DNA of 64,000 bases from an uncultured Gammaproteobacteria bacterium (lineage in GTDB: Bacteria; Patescibacteriota; Microgenomatia; Levybacterales; UBA12049). The position numbers and the translations under genes are program-made. Shown here one piece after another: positions 46,196 through 56,331 of the stretch. Under the pieces are notes generated by a model. It had not been told where the DNA came from. It saw nothing but the letters and a program-made list of their open reading frames with translations, and did not search any database. The stretch is taken from assembly GCA_964512695.1 (NCBI GenBank), contig CAZEJU010000001.1, positions 7,803-71,802 of the forward strand, given 5' to 3'. The stretch's first letter is position 1. Each line of letters begins with the position of its first letter.

Positions 46196-47315
46196 TGTTA
46201 TCCTTAAGCCTATGGAAGAGCGATTATTAACAATAAAAAATAATGCACTACCTCTCATATTCGATGCTGAATCACTTAAGGAACTTGAAGCAGCAAGGAT
46301 TCAGATTTTAGGAAAAAATGGAACATTAACTCTTATAATGAAGGAAATAGCGAAAGCTGATCCAGAAGACCGGCCGAGATTCGGAAAGGCAGCAAATGAA
46401 ATAAAAAGTGTTCTTGAAAATGCAATCTCTGAAAAATTATCAGACCTCAACCGTCAGCAGACAGATCAATTCTCCAGCAAAAAAGTAAAATTGGATGTCA
46501 CAGAACCTGGAATCCGGCCGCAGTTAGGGCATCTCCATCTTATTACACAAGCAATTTATGAAATTACTACTATTTTTGAGAAAATAGGTTTTACACGTGT
46601 CCGATACCCTGAAGTAGAGTGGGATTGGTTTGCATTCGAGGCATTAAACTTTCCTGAAAACCACCCAGCCAGGGATGACTGGGAAACTTTTTTTATAAAA
46701 GAAAAACCAGATCCCAAACTCGGTCCTATGCTACTTACTCCACACACCTCATCAGGACAAGTAAGAGAAATGCAAAAACACATGGAACAAAAGTTAAAAG
46801 TCAAAAGTCAAAAGTCAAAAGTTCAAGAAAATGAAGTTAACACAATTAATATTAAAATGTTAAATATTGCGAAGTGTTATCGCCGTCAATCTGATGTATC
46901 CCATACACCTATGTTTCACCAGTTCGAAGGATTGGTCGTAGGAAAGGATATAGCAATTACACATCTAAAAGGAACTTTGGATTACTTCGTAAGATCATAT
47001 TTCGGAGAGAATAGGAAAGCCCGTATTCGACCCTATCATTTTCAATTCACTGAACCTTCATTCGAAGTTGATGTTTCATGTGGGGTTTGTAATGGTAACG
47101 GATGCAGATTATGTAAAGCTGGATGGCTGGAGATGGGCGGAGCAGGTATGGTACACCCTAATGTACTAAAAGCTGGAGGAATAGACCCTAAAGAATATAC
47201 TGGTTTCGCGTTCGGATGGGGAGTAGAAAGAGTACTGATGATGAAAGAAGGAATTGAAATAGATGATTTACGATTGCTGTATTCGAATAAACTAGAATTT
47301 CTTGAACAGTTCTAA
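46182..47315 (+). CDS. pheS: phenylalanyl-tRNA synthetase alpha subunit (with ~19-aa in-frame insertion KLKVKSQKSKVQ...)
   Basis: HTPMFHQFEGL, FTEPSFEVD and GWGVERVLMM class II motifs. The insertion is encoded by the repeat aaaagttaaaagtcaaaagtcaaaagttcaag. Confidence 0.85.
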   Translation: MENKYVILKPMEERLLTIKNNALPLIFDAESLKELEAARIQILGKNGTLTLIMKEIAKADPEDRPRFGKAANEIKSVLENAISEKLSDLNRQQTDQFSSKKVKLDVTEPGIRPQLGHLHLITQAIYEITTIFEKIGFTRVRYPEVEWDWFAFEALNFPENHPARDDWETFFIKEKPDPKLGPMLLTPHTSSGQVREMQKHMEQKLKVKSQKSKVQENEVNTINIKMLNIAKCYRRQSDVSHTPMFHQFEGLVVGKDIAITHLKGTLDYFVRSYFGENRKARIRPYHFQFTEPSFEVDVSCGVCNGNGCRLCKAGWLEMGGAGMVHPNVLKAGGIDPKEYTGFAFGWGVERVLMMKEGIEIDDLRLLYSNKLEFLEQF

Positions 47316-47383
47316 TAAAAATCCTACATCACAAGTGATTGAGTTAGGACTCATAAATGATAACTTTTTAACTATTATAAATT

Positions 47384-49372
47384 ATGAATATTAAAATACT
47401 TGATTCTTGGTTACGGGAGTATGTAAAAACAGATGCGACACCGCAAAAAATCGCTGAGGTTATGTCCTTAACAAGTGTCTCAATAGAAAAAATTGAGAAA
47501 TGGGAAAATGATTATGCCTATGATATTGAAGTAACGACAAACAGACCAGATTTAATGTCTGTAACTGGCTTAGCCAGAGAAGCAGCAGCTGTATTACCAC
47601 ACTTCGGAATACCAGCAACTTTTGAACAACTACATCTGCAGCGTCATCCTGATAAAGCGGCAATCCAAGATAGAATCTCGTCTTCACTCCAGCATGACAA
47701 CAAGGTCAAGTTTGAAATTGAAAACAATCCGGAACTGGTCAATAGAGTGAGTGGCGTTGTGATGGAAGTACAAGTTAAAGATACCCCCAAAGATATTAAA
47801 AAGAGATTGGAAGCTTCAGGAATACGCAGTCTAAATAACCTTATCGATATTACAAATTATGTTATGAGAGTCATCGGACACCCTACGCATGTTTTCGATT
47901 ATGACCGGTTACAATCTCAAAAACTCCGCATTCGGGAATCGAAAAAAGGAGAAAAGATAATAACGCTAGATGGAAAAACATATGAACTACCAGGAGGGGA
48001 CATCATCGCAGTCGATGAAAAGGGAAGAATAGTAGATCTCCTCGGTATCATGGGGCTCGAAAATAGCGTGGTAACTGACGAAACGAAAAGAATTTTATTC
48101 TTCATCGATAATAATGACCCTGAAAGAATGAGAAAAACATCTATGACTTTAGGGATACGTTCTGAAGCAGTACAGCTAAATGAAAAAGCGATTGATCCTC
48201 ATTTAATAGAAGATGCTCTGTATTATGGAATATCCCTGTATGAACAATTCGCAGATGGGAAAATTATCTCAAATATTTTCGATCACTTTCCCAACCAATA
48301 TAAAAAAAAGGTTCTGATCGTTAGTGAAAATCTTATTAATACAGTAATTGGTATTGAAATACCTTTAAATCAAGCTGCTACAATAGTAACTTCTTTAGGA
48401 TTCGATGTAAAAATAGGTAAAGATATTCTTGATATCACCGTACCTTCATTCCGATATAACGATATCAATAATGAAGAAGATATCATCGAGGAAATAGCGC
48501 GTATTTATGGCTACCATAAAATACCATCTGCTTTGCCACCCCTTTCTCCCAGCAATCTAGCTCATTATACAAATGAATTCTACTGGGAACAGCGAATCAA
48601 AGACGCGTTTAAATATTGGGGTTTTTCTGAAGTATATACCTATTCGATGGTAGGAGAAAATCTTTTCGAGGGCGAGTTATCAGAGGCTGTTACTATTCAG
48701 AATCCGCTTACAGAAGATATGGTCTATATGCGGAAAACTCTCATTCCGAATCTTCTACAAGTTATTCACGAAAACAAAACTAGAGAAGAAATTAAAATAT
48801 TCGAAATAGCAAATATTTACAGAAAACAAATAAACAGTTTGCCTCACGAAAAACTACACTTGGCAGGAATCATGAAAAAACCTAATGTTTCTTTCTTCGA
48901 AGTAAAAGGATTATTCGAACAGCTAGCAGAAGATCTTGGAATTAATGGATTAAAATTTAAAGCAATTGATAACGGTAGTACAGGTGCAGAAATATATATA
49001 CATTCAGAAAGAATTGGAGATATTGAAATACTTGATGCGCAAGTCATTGATTTCGAAATAGACTTCGGATTACTTATAGAACATGCTACCGCGAAAAAAA
49101 CCTACGAACCACTCGCGAAGTATCCACCAATAATTGAAGATATGGCTTTTCTACTACCTGATACAGTTTCAATTGGAGAAATAATTGAAACCATAAAAGC
49201 TCAGAATCAACTTATTAAAACAGTAACATTATTGGATAAATACAAAGATACCAGAACCTTTAGAATAACCTACCAAAACCCAGAGAAAAATTTAACATCA
49301 GAAGATGTAACACCAGTACGAGAAAAAATCGAAAAAGTTTTAAAAGAGAAACTTCAAATTCAACTGAAATAA
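47384..49372 (+). CDS. pheT: phenylalanyl-tRNA synthetase beta subunit (short form)
   Basis: N-terminal MNIKILDSWLREYV; B3/4 and B5 domain pattern. Adjacent to pheS. Confidence 0.8.
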   Translation: MNIKILDSWLREYVKTDATPQKIAEVMSLTSVSIEKIEKWENDYAYDIEVTTNRPDLMSVTGLAREAAAVLPHFGIPATFEQLHLQRHPDKAAIQDRISSSLQHDNKVKFEIENNPELVNRVSGVVMEVQVKDTPKDIKKRLEASGIRSLNNLIDITNYVMRVIGHPTHVFDYDRLQSQKLRIRESKKGEKIITLDGKTYELPGGDIIAVDEKGRIVDLLGIMGLENSVVTDETKRILFFIDNNDPERMRKTSMTLGIRSEAVQLNEKAIDPHLIEDALYYGISLYEQFADGKIISNIFDHFPNQYKKKVLIVSENLINTVIGIEIPLNQAATIVTSLGFDVKIGKDILDITVPSFRYNDINNEEDIIEEIARIYGYHKIPSALPPLSPSNLAHYTNEFYWEQRIKDAFKYWGFSEVYTYSMVGENLFEGELSEAVTIQNPLTEDMVYMRKTLIPNLLQVIHENKTREEIKIFEIANIYRKQINSLPHEKLHLAGIMKKPNVSFFEVKGLFEQLAEDLGINGLKFKAIDNGSTGAEIYIHSERIGDIEILDAQVIDFEIDFGLLIEHATAKKTYEPLAKYPPIIEDMAFLLPDTVSIGEIIETIKAQNQLIKTVTLLDKYKDTRTFRITYQNPEKNLTSEDVTPVREKIEKVLKEKLQIQLK

Positions 49373-49450
49373 TAAAGAAAGTTATTCAAAACCACTTGCG
49401 TATGGTTTAGTCCCAAAACTGAAATATTTCTTTCTCTCTCCGACCAGTAT

Positions 49451-51802
49451 TCATGTAGGAGAAGGGGCATCACTAGGAGGGATAGTCGGTGTAGGTGTTT
49501 GTTCTTCTTTCTTTTCCTCCTCCTTCTTCTCTTCCTTTTTCACTTCCAGAATATCACCTGGAGGATGATATTTCTTATCATCTTTATGGGACTGTTCTAT
49601 CCATGCGTTGATACCTTCTTGCCAACGGTTTTTTCCATCATTTGAGGTAAAATCATCTTCACGGAAAACGAAGTAATCCTGACCATCTTTGTTCTGAAAA
49701 ACACGAGATTTCGTGGTAGGTTCTGTTCCTTTTACGAAATATTCAGTACGTGCCTGTAAACCATCTGTAGCCAATCCTCCAGCTAATGTGTCTACTTGTA
49801 CTGCTATGACATTATCTGGTTTTTTAAATTCCTCATTTGGTTTATCTTTTAAAGCCAATTTCATTAATTTGTTCCAGATAGAAGAAGCGCCTGTCGTTCC
49901 TGAAGCTATAGTGGGATTCATAGCACTATTATCGTTATTTCCTACCCATACACCTACTACGAAAGATGGGGTGTAACCCACAGTCCAGTTATCGCGTTTT
50001 TCGTCAGTAGTACCAGTTTTAACTGCAACAGTTTTTCCAGGAATGACGAGCAGCGAATTAGCACCGAACTCCTGTACACGGGCGTTATTATCAAGCAATA
50101 TATGAGAAATGATATAGCTAATCTCTTCTGATAATACTCGGGAACCTTCACGATTTTTATGTTCAAAAAGAATCTTCCCTTTAACATCTTTTACGTTTAT
50201 GAACGATATCAAATCTTTTCTAACTCCACTATTTGCGAAAACACCATATGCTTTTACTTCATCAAGTAATGATGTTTCTCTTCCTCCCAGAACTAACGAA
50301 TAGCCAACATTCTTCATAGTCTCCGTAGTAGGTTCCCAATTTTCTATACCCATTTCATACCCTTTTTGCATTGCGTCTTTTAGACCTACCATAGCAAGCA
50401 TCTTAACGGCAGGGATATTAAGAGAATTTCCTAAAGCGAAACGCATTTGAACAGGACCTTGGAATTTACCGCTATAGTTATTCGGCAGGTATGAATTCTC
50501 ATTTTCATTTGCTCGAAATTCTGTCTTTACATCCATAAACATGGTAGCTGCGGTATATCCTTTTTCTAAACCTTTAGCATAAATAATGGGCTTTAGTGAA
50601 GAGCCAGGTTGTCGTTTACCGATAGCGGCATTAAAATTCGGCTCGAAAACGCAATTCTTTCCCGGAGTACAACCTTCCGGAAGAGGATCGCTAAAATAGT
50701 CTTTACTTCCTACCATAGCAAGAATCTCTCCTGTTTTCGGATTTGTAATCACAGCTGAACCATTACCCACCTTATACTTCTCTAAATTATCAATCTCATC
50801 CTTTAAAATCTCTTGTGCTTCAGTTTGTAGCTTATAATCAAGAGTCGTAGTTACTTGTAAACCACCACGTTCCACCATCTGTTCACCGAACTGCCGCGCA
50901 AGTTGTTCTTTCACATACAAAACGAAGTGGGGGGCTTTAATCGTAGTATCCCGCTGAGAAAAAGTCATTTTCTCAATTTTTTTAATTGTCTCATCTGACT
51001 GTTTCTGTGTGATATATTTATTAGCTACCATTTGCTTTAAGACTGCTTTTGAACGGTCTATATAAAATTTATTACCAGTAAGCGGAGAATAAATGCTCGG
51101 ATTTTGAGGTAAACCTGCCATAAAAACAGACTCTGCTAAGGTTAAATCTTTCGCTGATTTATTAAAATACATTTGCGCTGCTGCCTCAACACCGACCGAG
51201 GTACCACCATAACCGATGTTATTTAGATACATCTCGAGAATCTGGTCTTTACTGAATTTGCTATCTACCTGAATAGCCAAAATTAACTCTTTAATCTTAC
51301 GAGGTAAACTTCTTTCGCTAGAAAGAAGAACATTCTTAACTAACTGTTGCGTAATACTCGAAGCACCGATTGCACGTCTTTTAAAAACGAGATTATATGC
51401 TATTCTCAAAGGACCCATAGGATCAAATCCTTTATTTTTATAGAAGTTTTCATCTTCTATAGCTACAGTAGCATTGCGGAGATTTTTCGCGATGTTATCT
51501 ATCGTGACATATGTCCTGTTTTGTTCAGCGTATACGGAATAGAGTAACTCGCCATTTCTGTCATAAATTCTCGTAGCATCTGAATATTTCGATTCAGCTA
51601 TCTTTCCTGGCTGCGGTAATTGGAAACTATAGTAAACGAAAAGACCCGCCACAAATATAATTCCAGCGATCACTGCAAAGAGAAGATACTTCATAAGCTT
51701 ATTAACAGTGATAACATCGAGAAGTTTTATTTTCCTTTTTGGAAAGCGAGATCTAAAGCGGTTAATCGCCCGGAGATTCCTTCTTCGTGACCGATAATCC
51801 AT
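49451..51802 (-). CDS. penicillin-binding protein 1A (bifunctional glycosyltransferase/transpeptidase) with Lys/Glu-rich C-terminal tail
   Basis: GT51 motifs EDENFYKH-like (AIEDENFY), RKIKE; transpeptidase SLKP (STGS-like) and KTGT motifs. N-terminal TM. Confidence 0.8.
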   Translation of the reverse strand: MDYRSRRRNLRAINRFRSRFPKRKIKLLDVITVNKLMKYLLFAVIAGIIFVAGLFVYYSFQLPQPGKIAESKYSDATRIYDRNGELLYSVYAEQNRTYVTIDNIAKNLRNATVAIEDENFYKNKGFDPMGPLRIAYNLVFKRRAIGASSITQQLVKNVLLSSERSLPRKIKELILAIQVDSKFSKDQILEMYLNNIGYGGTSVGVEAAAQMYFNKSAKDLTLAESVFMAGLPQNPSIYSPLTGNKFYIDRSKAVLKQMVANKYITQKQSDETIKKIEKMTFSQRDTTIKAPHFVLYVKEQLARQFGEQMVERGGLQVTTTLDYKLQTEAQEILKDEIDNLEKYKVGNGSAVITNPKTGEILAMVGSKDYFSDPLPEGCTPGKNCVFEPNFNAAIGKRQPGSSLKPIIYAKGLEKGYTAATMFMDVKTEFRANENENSYLPNNYSGKFQGPVQMRFALGNSLNIPAVKMLAMVGLKDAMQKGYEMGIENWEPTTETMKNVGYSLVLGGRETSLLDEVKAYGVFANSGVRKDLISFINVKDVKGKILFEHKNREGSRVLSEEISYIISHILLDNNARVQEFGANSLLVIPGKTVAVKTGTTDEKRDNWTVGYTPSFVVGVWVGNNDNSAMNPTIASGTTGASSIWNKLMKLALKDKPNEEFKKPDNVIAVQVDTLAGGLATDGLQARTEYFVKGTEPTTKSRVFQNKDGQDYFVFREDDFTSNDGKNRWQEGINAWIEQSHKDDKKYHPPGDILEVKKEEKKEEEKKEEQTPTPTIPPSDAPSPT

Positions 51803-51869
51803 ATATCACCTACAGTATAACAAAAATAGTACCCGCGAGGCAAAATCTACGGAGTGATATACTTCAGGT

Positions 51870-52526
51870 ATGGAAGAAAAATATTTTAAAGCATTCAAAG
51901 AAAAAAGAGATAAACAATTAGAAAACCTGCAACCTGAAGATGTTATTCCTTTTGACTTCACACCAATTCCTACAAGCTATTCACTGATTCTTCGACCTGA
52001 TCAAGGAACGTATATGAAACTTTCCGCATTACAAGACGAACTGAAAATTATAGATAATGATCAATATTATTATCCTAAGGATAGACTCCACCTAACACTT
52101 ATTGGTGGATTTTCAAGTGCTTTAAACGAAGAATTGATTGTTACAGCGATTAGAGATTCGTTATCTAAATATAATCCTATACGTTTTACGTTAGGAGTTA
52201 TCGCAAGTAACCAGTATTGTTCGTCAGTTTCAGCATTGCCAATTAGTTTTTCACTACATGATTTCCGAGAAGAAATCCGAGCAAAAGTTGGAGAAAACGG
52301 AGATGATTATTACCAGCATGTTTTTTACTATGAATATGTAGGATGGATAAACTATTTGCGTTATCTAAAGCAGCCTAAAGAAGCATTACTTAATGCATTA
52401 AGAGAAAAAAAAGAATATTCGGTTGGTGAGATGACTCCATCATCAATTAGCTTATTTAAAACTTCTAGCAGAATATTACATCCTAAAGAAACAACCATAA
52501 TTCATGAATTTGATGTCTATGCATAA
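51870..52526 (+). CDS. hypothetical protein
   Basis: 218-aa ORF with no recognisable motif. Confidence 0.3.
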   Translation: MEEKYFKAFKEKRDKQLENLQPEDVIPFDFTPIPTSYSLILRPDQGTYMKLSALQDELKIIDNDQYYYPKDRLHLTLIGGFSSALNEELIVTAIRDSLSKYNPIRFTLGVIASNQYCSSVSALPISFSLHDFREEIRAKVGENGDDYYQHVFYYEYVGWINYLRYLKQPKEALLNALREKKEYSVGEMTPSSISLFKTSSRILHPKETTIIHEFDVYA

Positions 52527-52710
52527 GTTCCGATATATATTAGGCCTAATGATAAAAGTTGTACGGAACGACCGTGGATATAATGTACTTACTATTACTA
52601 AACCTGAGAGTAGGGAATCACATGAAACTAAAAAGAAAAATTACCTCGTAACAAACTTGCGTTGCACAAAGATAACTTCATTAATAATATATTCAATACT
52701 TATTTTGCGA

Positions 52711-54291
52711 TTAGGTTGATTCAACAGCATCAAGTTGAGGAGTTATGATAACCGTGTGCATGGTATCGCTACCAACTTGATATGAATCAAGTTCTTTTAC
52801 TTCGAAATGCACTCCAGATCCATGCGTAAATCTATTTAAAAGTCCCCGGGAAATCAGGCGATATGAAGTATCTCCACGCATTTGAGAAAAAATCGGCAAT
52901 AATTTTCCTTTTTTAGCATACTCTTCAACATATTTTTCTATAAATGCTTGAATTAACTTTATGCCACCCATACCTGTGCTGCTATCAAATCTATCGGTAG
53001 CAAAATCCATTATATATATACAAGATTGATCTGCATATTCAGGGTTATCAGCTATTGATATATCACGCATTTTCCCTTCATACGCTAATAAATACCCTTT
53101 AAGCCTTCCCTCTGATGTTCTATATGCAAAACTCATATTAGGTCTACCTTGTCTTGCGTTATTAATATCTTTCGCAATAAGTGTATTTTCCATCCCGTGC
53201 AAACCTAATAATAATCCATCATTTTCTTTGTATATACGGCTTTCTAGAAAACCTACTTGCAAAGAATCTTCAAATGTAAGAGGCGTTATTTGTTGATCTA
53301 AAGCTGGAGGAGTTTTTTTATCTGTTTGGCTAACATGAACCGTTTTATTTCTTATTTGATGTTTTCTCTTACGTTTTTCTTGAAGACCCAATTCGTATAC
53401 TTCATCATCGATATTATCTGAATAGCTCATCGGTGCTTGGGGAGCGAATGTGTTAGGACGCTTTGGAAGTTGGGTAAGTGCATCAGAATATCCCATACCA
53501 ATCACGACTCTTCCCTTTTCTACTCCAAGTTGATCACCGTATTGATCAACATATTCTTTAAAAAAGTCACTATAGAGTAACTCTAATACTTCATCTTTTC
53601 CCTTAAAATTTGGTGTAATTTCAATATTATCGCAGGCAATTATCCCTTCTTGTTTATCAAGAACGGTTTCTGGAAGGACTTCGTCAAGTGGTGTCTTTTG
53701 CTGTAGTGCTCTCGTGACATTTGGTATTGGTATATTCATATTTTTATCCTTAGTTACGACACTTTGTGCAACTGTCCTTTTCTTTCCATTTTTTTGTACA
53801 ATTTGAATAAGAAGTTGACTACAATTTGGATTAAATGTATACACCGTGTTTTTCCCATCCCCGAACGGCATACAACACGCTGTATCATTGCCTGCTACTG
53901 TTGCTTCGGGATCAGACTTTACTGCTATTTCAACAATATATTTAGTAGTTTGTGCCTCGGATTTCGGTATTCCAAATTCTGGATTATATATAAGACTCTC
54001 AAGTCTGGCTGCAATGTCAGCAGGTAAATCAATCCCAGATTCAAGATAGTCATTAAGCGAAATGTTGGGTATACGGAAAATTGCGGCGATTTCTTTATAG
54101 AGTCTCTGAGGATTACGCGCTTCTCCTGCAATTCGACGAGAACGTGATCCTAATGCTTTTTGAGCAACTTCATTTAAAGCGATAGATTCCTTATAATCTT
54201 CAACTTCATATTCAATTCGCATTGGAGGAAATACTTGTAAAGTATCTATTGTTCCTTCCACTAATGCATCGCGTAAATCTTCCGATGTCAT
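52711..54291 (-). CDS. hypothetical protein with C-terminal GNAT-like acetyltransferase fold
   Basis: C-terminal IYIMDFATDRF..STGMGGIKLIQAF resembles GNAT motif A. This is weak. Confidence 0.3.
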   Translation of the reverse strand: MTSEDLRDALVEGTIDTLQVFPPMRIEYEVEDYKESIALNEVAQKALGSRSRRIAGEARNPQRLYKEIAAIFRIPNISLNDYLESGIDLPADIAARLESLIYNPEFGIPKSEAQTTKYIVEIAVKSDPEATVAGNDTACCMPFGDGKNTVYTFNPNCSQLLIQIVQKNGKKRTVAQSVVTKDKNMNIPIPNVTRALQQKTPLDEVLPETVLDKQEGIIACDNIEITPNFKGKDEVLELLYSDFFKEYVDQYGDQLGVEKGRVVIGMGYSDALTQLPKRPNTFAPQAPMSYSDNIDDEVYELGLQEKRKRKHQIRNKTVHVSQTDKKTPPALDQQITPLTFEDSLQVGFLESRIYKENDGLLLGLHGMENTLIAKDINNARQGRPNMSFAYRTSEGRLKGYLLAYEGKMRDISIADNPEYADQSCIYIMDFATDRFDSSTGMGGIKLIQAFIEKYVEEYAKKGKLLPIFSQMRGDTSYRLISRGLLNRFTHGSGVHFEVKELDSYQVGSDTMHTVIITPQLDAVEST

Positions 54292-54419
54292 ATCTAAATT
54301 AGGAAGGCGTGTATAATTAGAAGGTTTTTTTCTATCTTGAATCCAGTCAGGAGTATGGGAAGCTTGAGCATTTAGAACAAGATCGGGATTAAAGGCAAAA
54401 TTTAGTACTGCAGTTTGAT

Positions 54420-55760
54420 CTACTTTACTATTGGGATGAAAGCCGACAGTTGTAACCCATTGATATAATTTTGCTTTTTTTCATCTTTTTTTCCTTCTCT
54501 TCCTAACGTGTTTAATTTTATTAACAAATATTTCTTTTGCAGAAGTTCAGCAAGTTTCGCGAAACGTTTTAGATTATTCCAACTCTCAAAAACTTTTTTC
54601 GGATTTTGAAACTCTGATGCCAGTGCAGAAACTTCTGGTGTATCTTTAGCTTCCTCTAGTAATTGTATGCAAGTCTCCCAATTCGTTAGGATTGTTTGAG
54701 CAATAGGAATAAAAAAGTCATAAGAGGTATATTCAGCTACCTCATCATCATCGCTCAACTTATACCTTCCACGGTCAAGTGAAACTTGATGGAGAATATT
54801 TGCCCAGAATTCATCAGGTGTCAGACCACTGACTTCATATAGCTTTAAGACATCTGGAAATGCATGGATTGCATCATGGGTACTTATATCTTGTTCAAAT
54901 GTTGCTTCATGAGTTTTTGGATCAAGGTGATAGCGTCGTATATATTTAAACATTCTATCATAACCAAATATTTCTCCTGCTGCTCTGAAATTAGTAATGT
55001 CTAACTCCTTCCATTCATTGATCCATGATTCTAAGTTTTTTGATCCACTAGTTATTGCATCAAATGCTCTTTTAAAATCTTCTGAAGATCTTAAGTTAAG
55101 AATGTCAATTCCCGCTTTCTTTACAAACTCTGCATCTATAGGAGATATACCGACTTTATGTGCATAATCAATTTCACTCCTTGTTAAACCAGAAGGTTCA
55201 ATAATTTTATTTAACAAAGCGTAAGCATGATCAAACGGTAAGACATATTCACAAATTGCATAAAGATCTGAGAAGGAATTAACGTTATATGATGCAAAAA
55301 GAGATTGAAGCTGCGGTGGCATATCCTTTTTATATTCTTCTAATAAACCTTTTGAATCGATATCTTTGAACACCTGCATGATCTGACCATTTAGATCGGA
55401 CTCTCTTCCGTAGTTTGTTATTAAGAAATTGGAAAGTACGTTTAAAGGGGGAGGTGTCTGGGAGTGATCATAAATATATTTATAAAAATCAAACCTTTTA
55501 ACTTGTCTAGACCCAGTTCTATTATCATCAGTTAATAATTCATAGGTTTTAGCTGCCTCATCTGGTGTAAGAACTAGGCCATTATATTGAGTTTGTAATT
55601 CTTCTACTAACTTTGTATTATCTTCTCCTTCGACTGTGGAAAATTTTCTAAAAAGATCTTCGAATTTTGCTTTTCTTTCTATTTCAGCAGGATTAACTTC
55701 TACAACACTATTAGTATCTGATATCTGATATCTGATATCTGATATCGACAATATCTTCAT
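54420..55760 (-). CDS. hypothetical protein
   Basis: 446-aa ORF. Divergent from the 56332 promoter. Confidence 0.3.
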   Translation of the reverse strand: MKILSISDIRYQISDTNSVVEVNPAEIERKAKFEDLFRKFSTVEGEDNTKLVEELQTQYNGLVLTPDEAAKTYELLTDDNRTGSRQVKRFDFYKYIYDHSQTPPPLNVLSNFLITNYGRESDLNGQIMQVFKDIDSKGLLEEYKKDMPPQLQSLFASYNVNSFSDLYAICEYVLPFDHAYALLNKIIEPSGLTRSEIDYAHKVGISPIDAEFVKKAGIDILNLRSSEDFKRAFDAITSGSKNLESWINEWKELDITNFRAAGEIFGYDRMFKYIRRYHLDPKTHEATFEQDISTHDAIHAFPDVLKLYEVSGLTPDEFWANILHQVSLDRGRYKLSDDDEVAEYTSYDFFIPIAQTILTNWETCIQLLEEAKDTPEVSALASEFQNPKKVFESWNNLKRFAKLAELLQKKYLLIKLNTLGREGKKDEKKQNYINGLQLSAFIPIVK

Positions 55761-55810
55761 TCATGCTTTATATTATTACATATTTAAAAACATTTTTTTG
55801 AATCGGTCTA

Positions 55811-55839
55811 TTGACGTACTATAGGGAATATAGTATCAT
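55811..55839 (+). promoter_or_regulatory. sigma70-like promoter TTGACG-N17-TATCAT
   Basis: Read directly from the sequence. Confidence 0.5.
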
Positions 55840-55845
55840 TATTTA

Positions 55846-56331
55846 ACAATTTATAAAGGCTATGACGAAGTCAAAGTAGTTTTCGCAGAGTGACACCAGA
55901 GAGAAGACGTCGCTGCAAGATCTTCCGTATCTTCGAAAATGAATTACGCTTCTGAGCTGTATGCCGAATCCGTTAACCGATGGATAGGCAGAACCGGGTT
56001 CGCACCGTGATAGCGAAAGAATGTGTCGCAGAAGAAGTGGAGCATTCGAAAATAAGCGTTTATCGTATTACTTCGAATCCCTTCATAAGGGATTTTTTAT
56101 TGCTAAGATAAGCGAAACCGAGGTGGTACCACGGAGAAAAATTAAAAGGTAAAAGGTAAAAATTGTATAAGGAAAGATAGTAGTAATTTTACTTTGGACT
56201 TTTGACTTTACACTTTTAACTTTCTTGTTCCGTCCTTGAGAATCATTATTGTTCGAGTGAAGTGAGAGTTATTTTTTACACATAAACTTCTCATTTTGTT
56301 CGAAGAATAGTATTTCTGGGACGGTTTTTTT
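55846..56331 (+). ncRNA. T-box riboswitch-like leader (AGGUGGUACCACGG) with an ~85-nt palindromic insertion and GGGACGG+T7 abutting the start codon
   Basis: AGGUGGUACCACGG at 56121-56134 matches the T-box core AGGGUGGUACCGCGG. Downstream CCGUCCUUG (56229-37) can pair with ACGG/CGAGG, forming an antiterminator, and also with GGGACGG (56318-24), forming the terminator. Confidence 0.45.
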
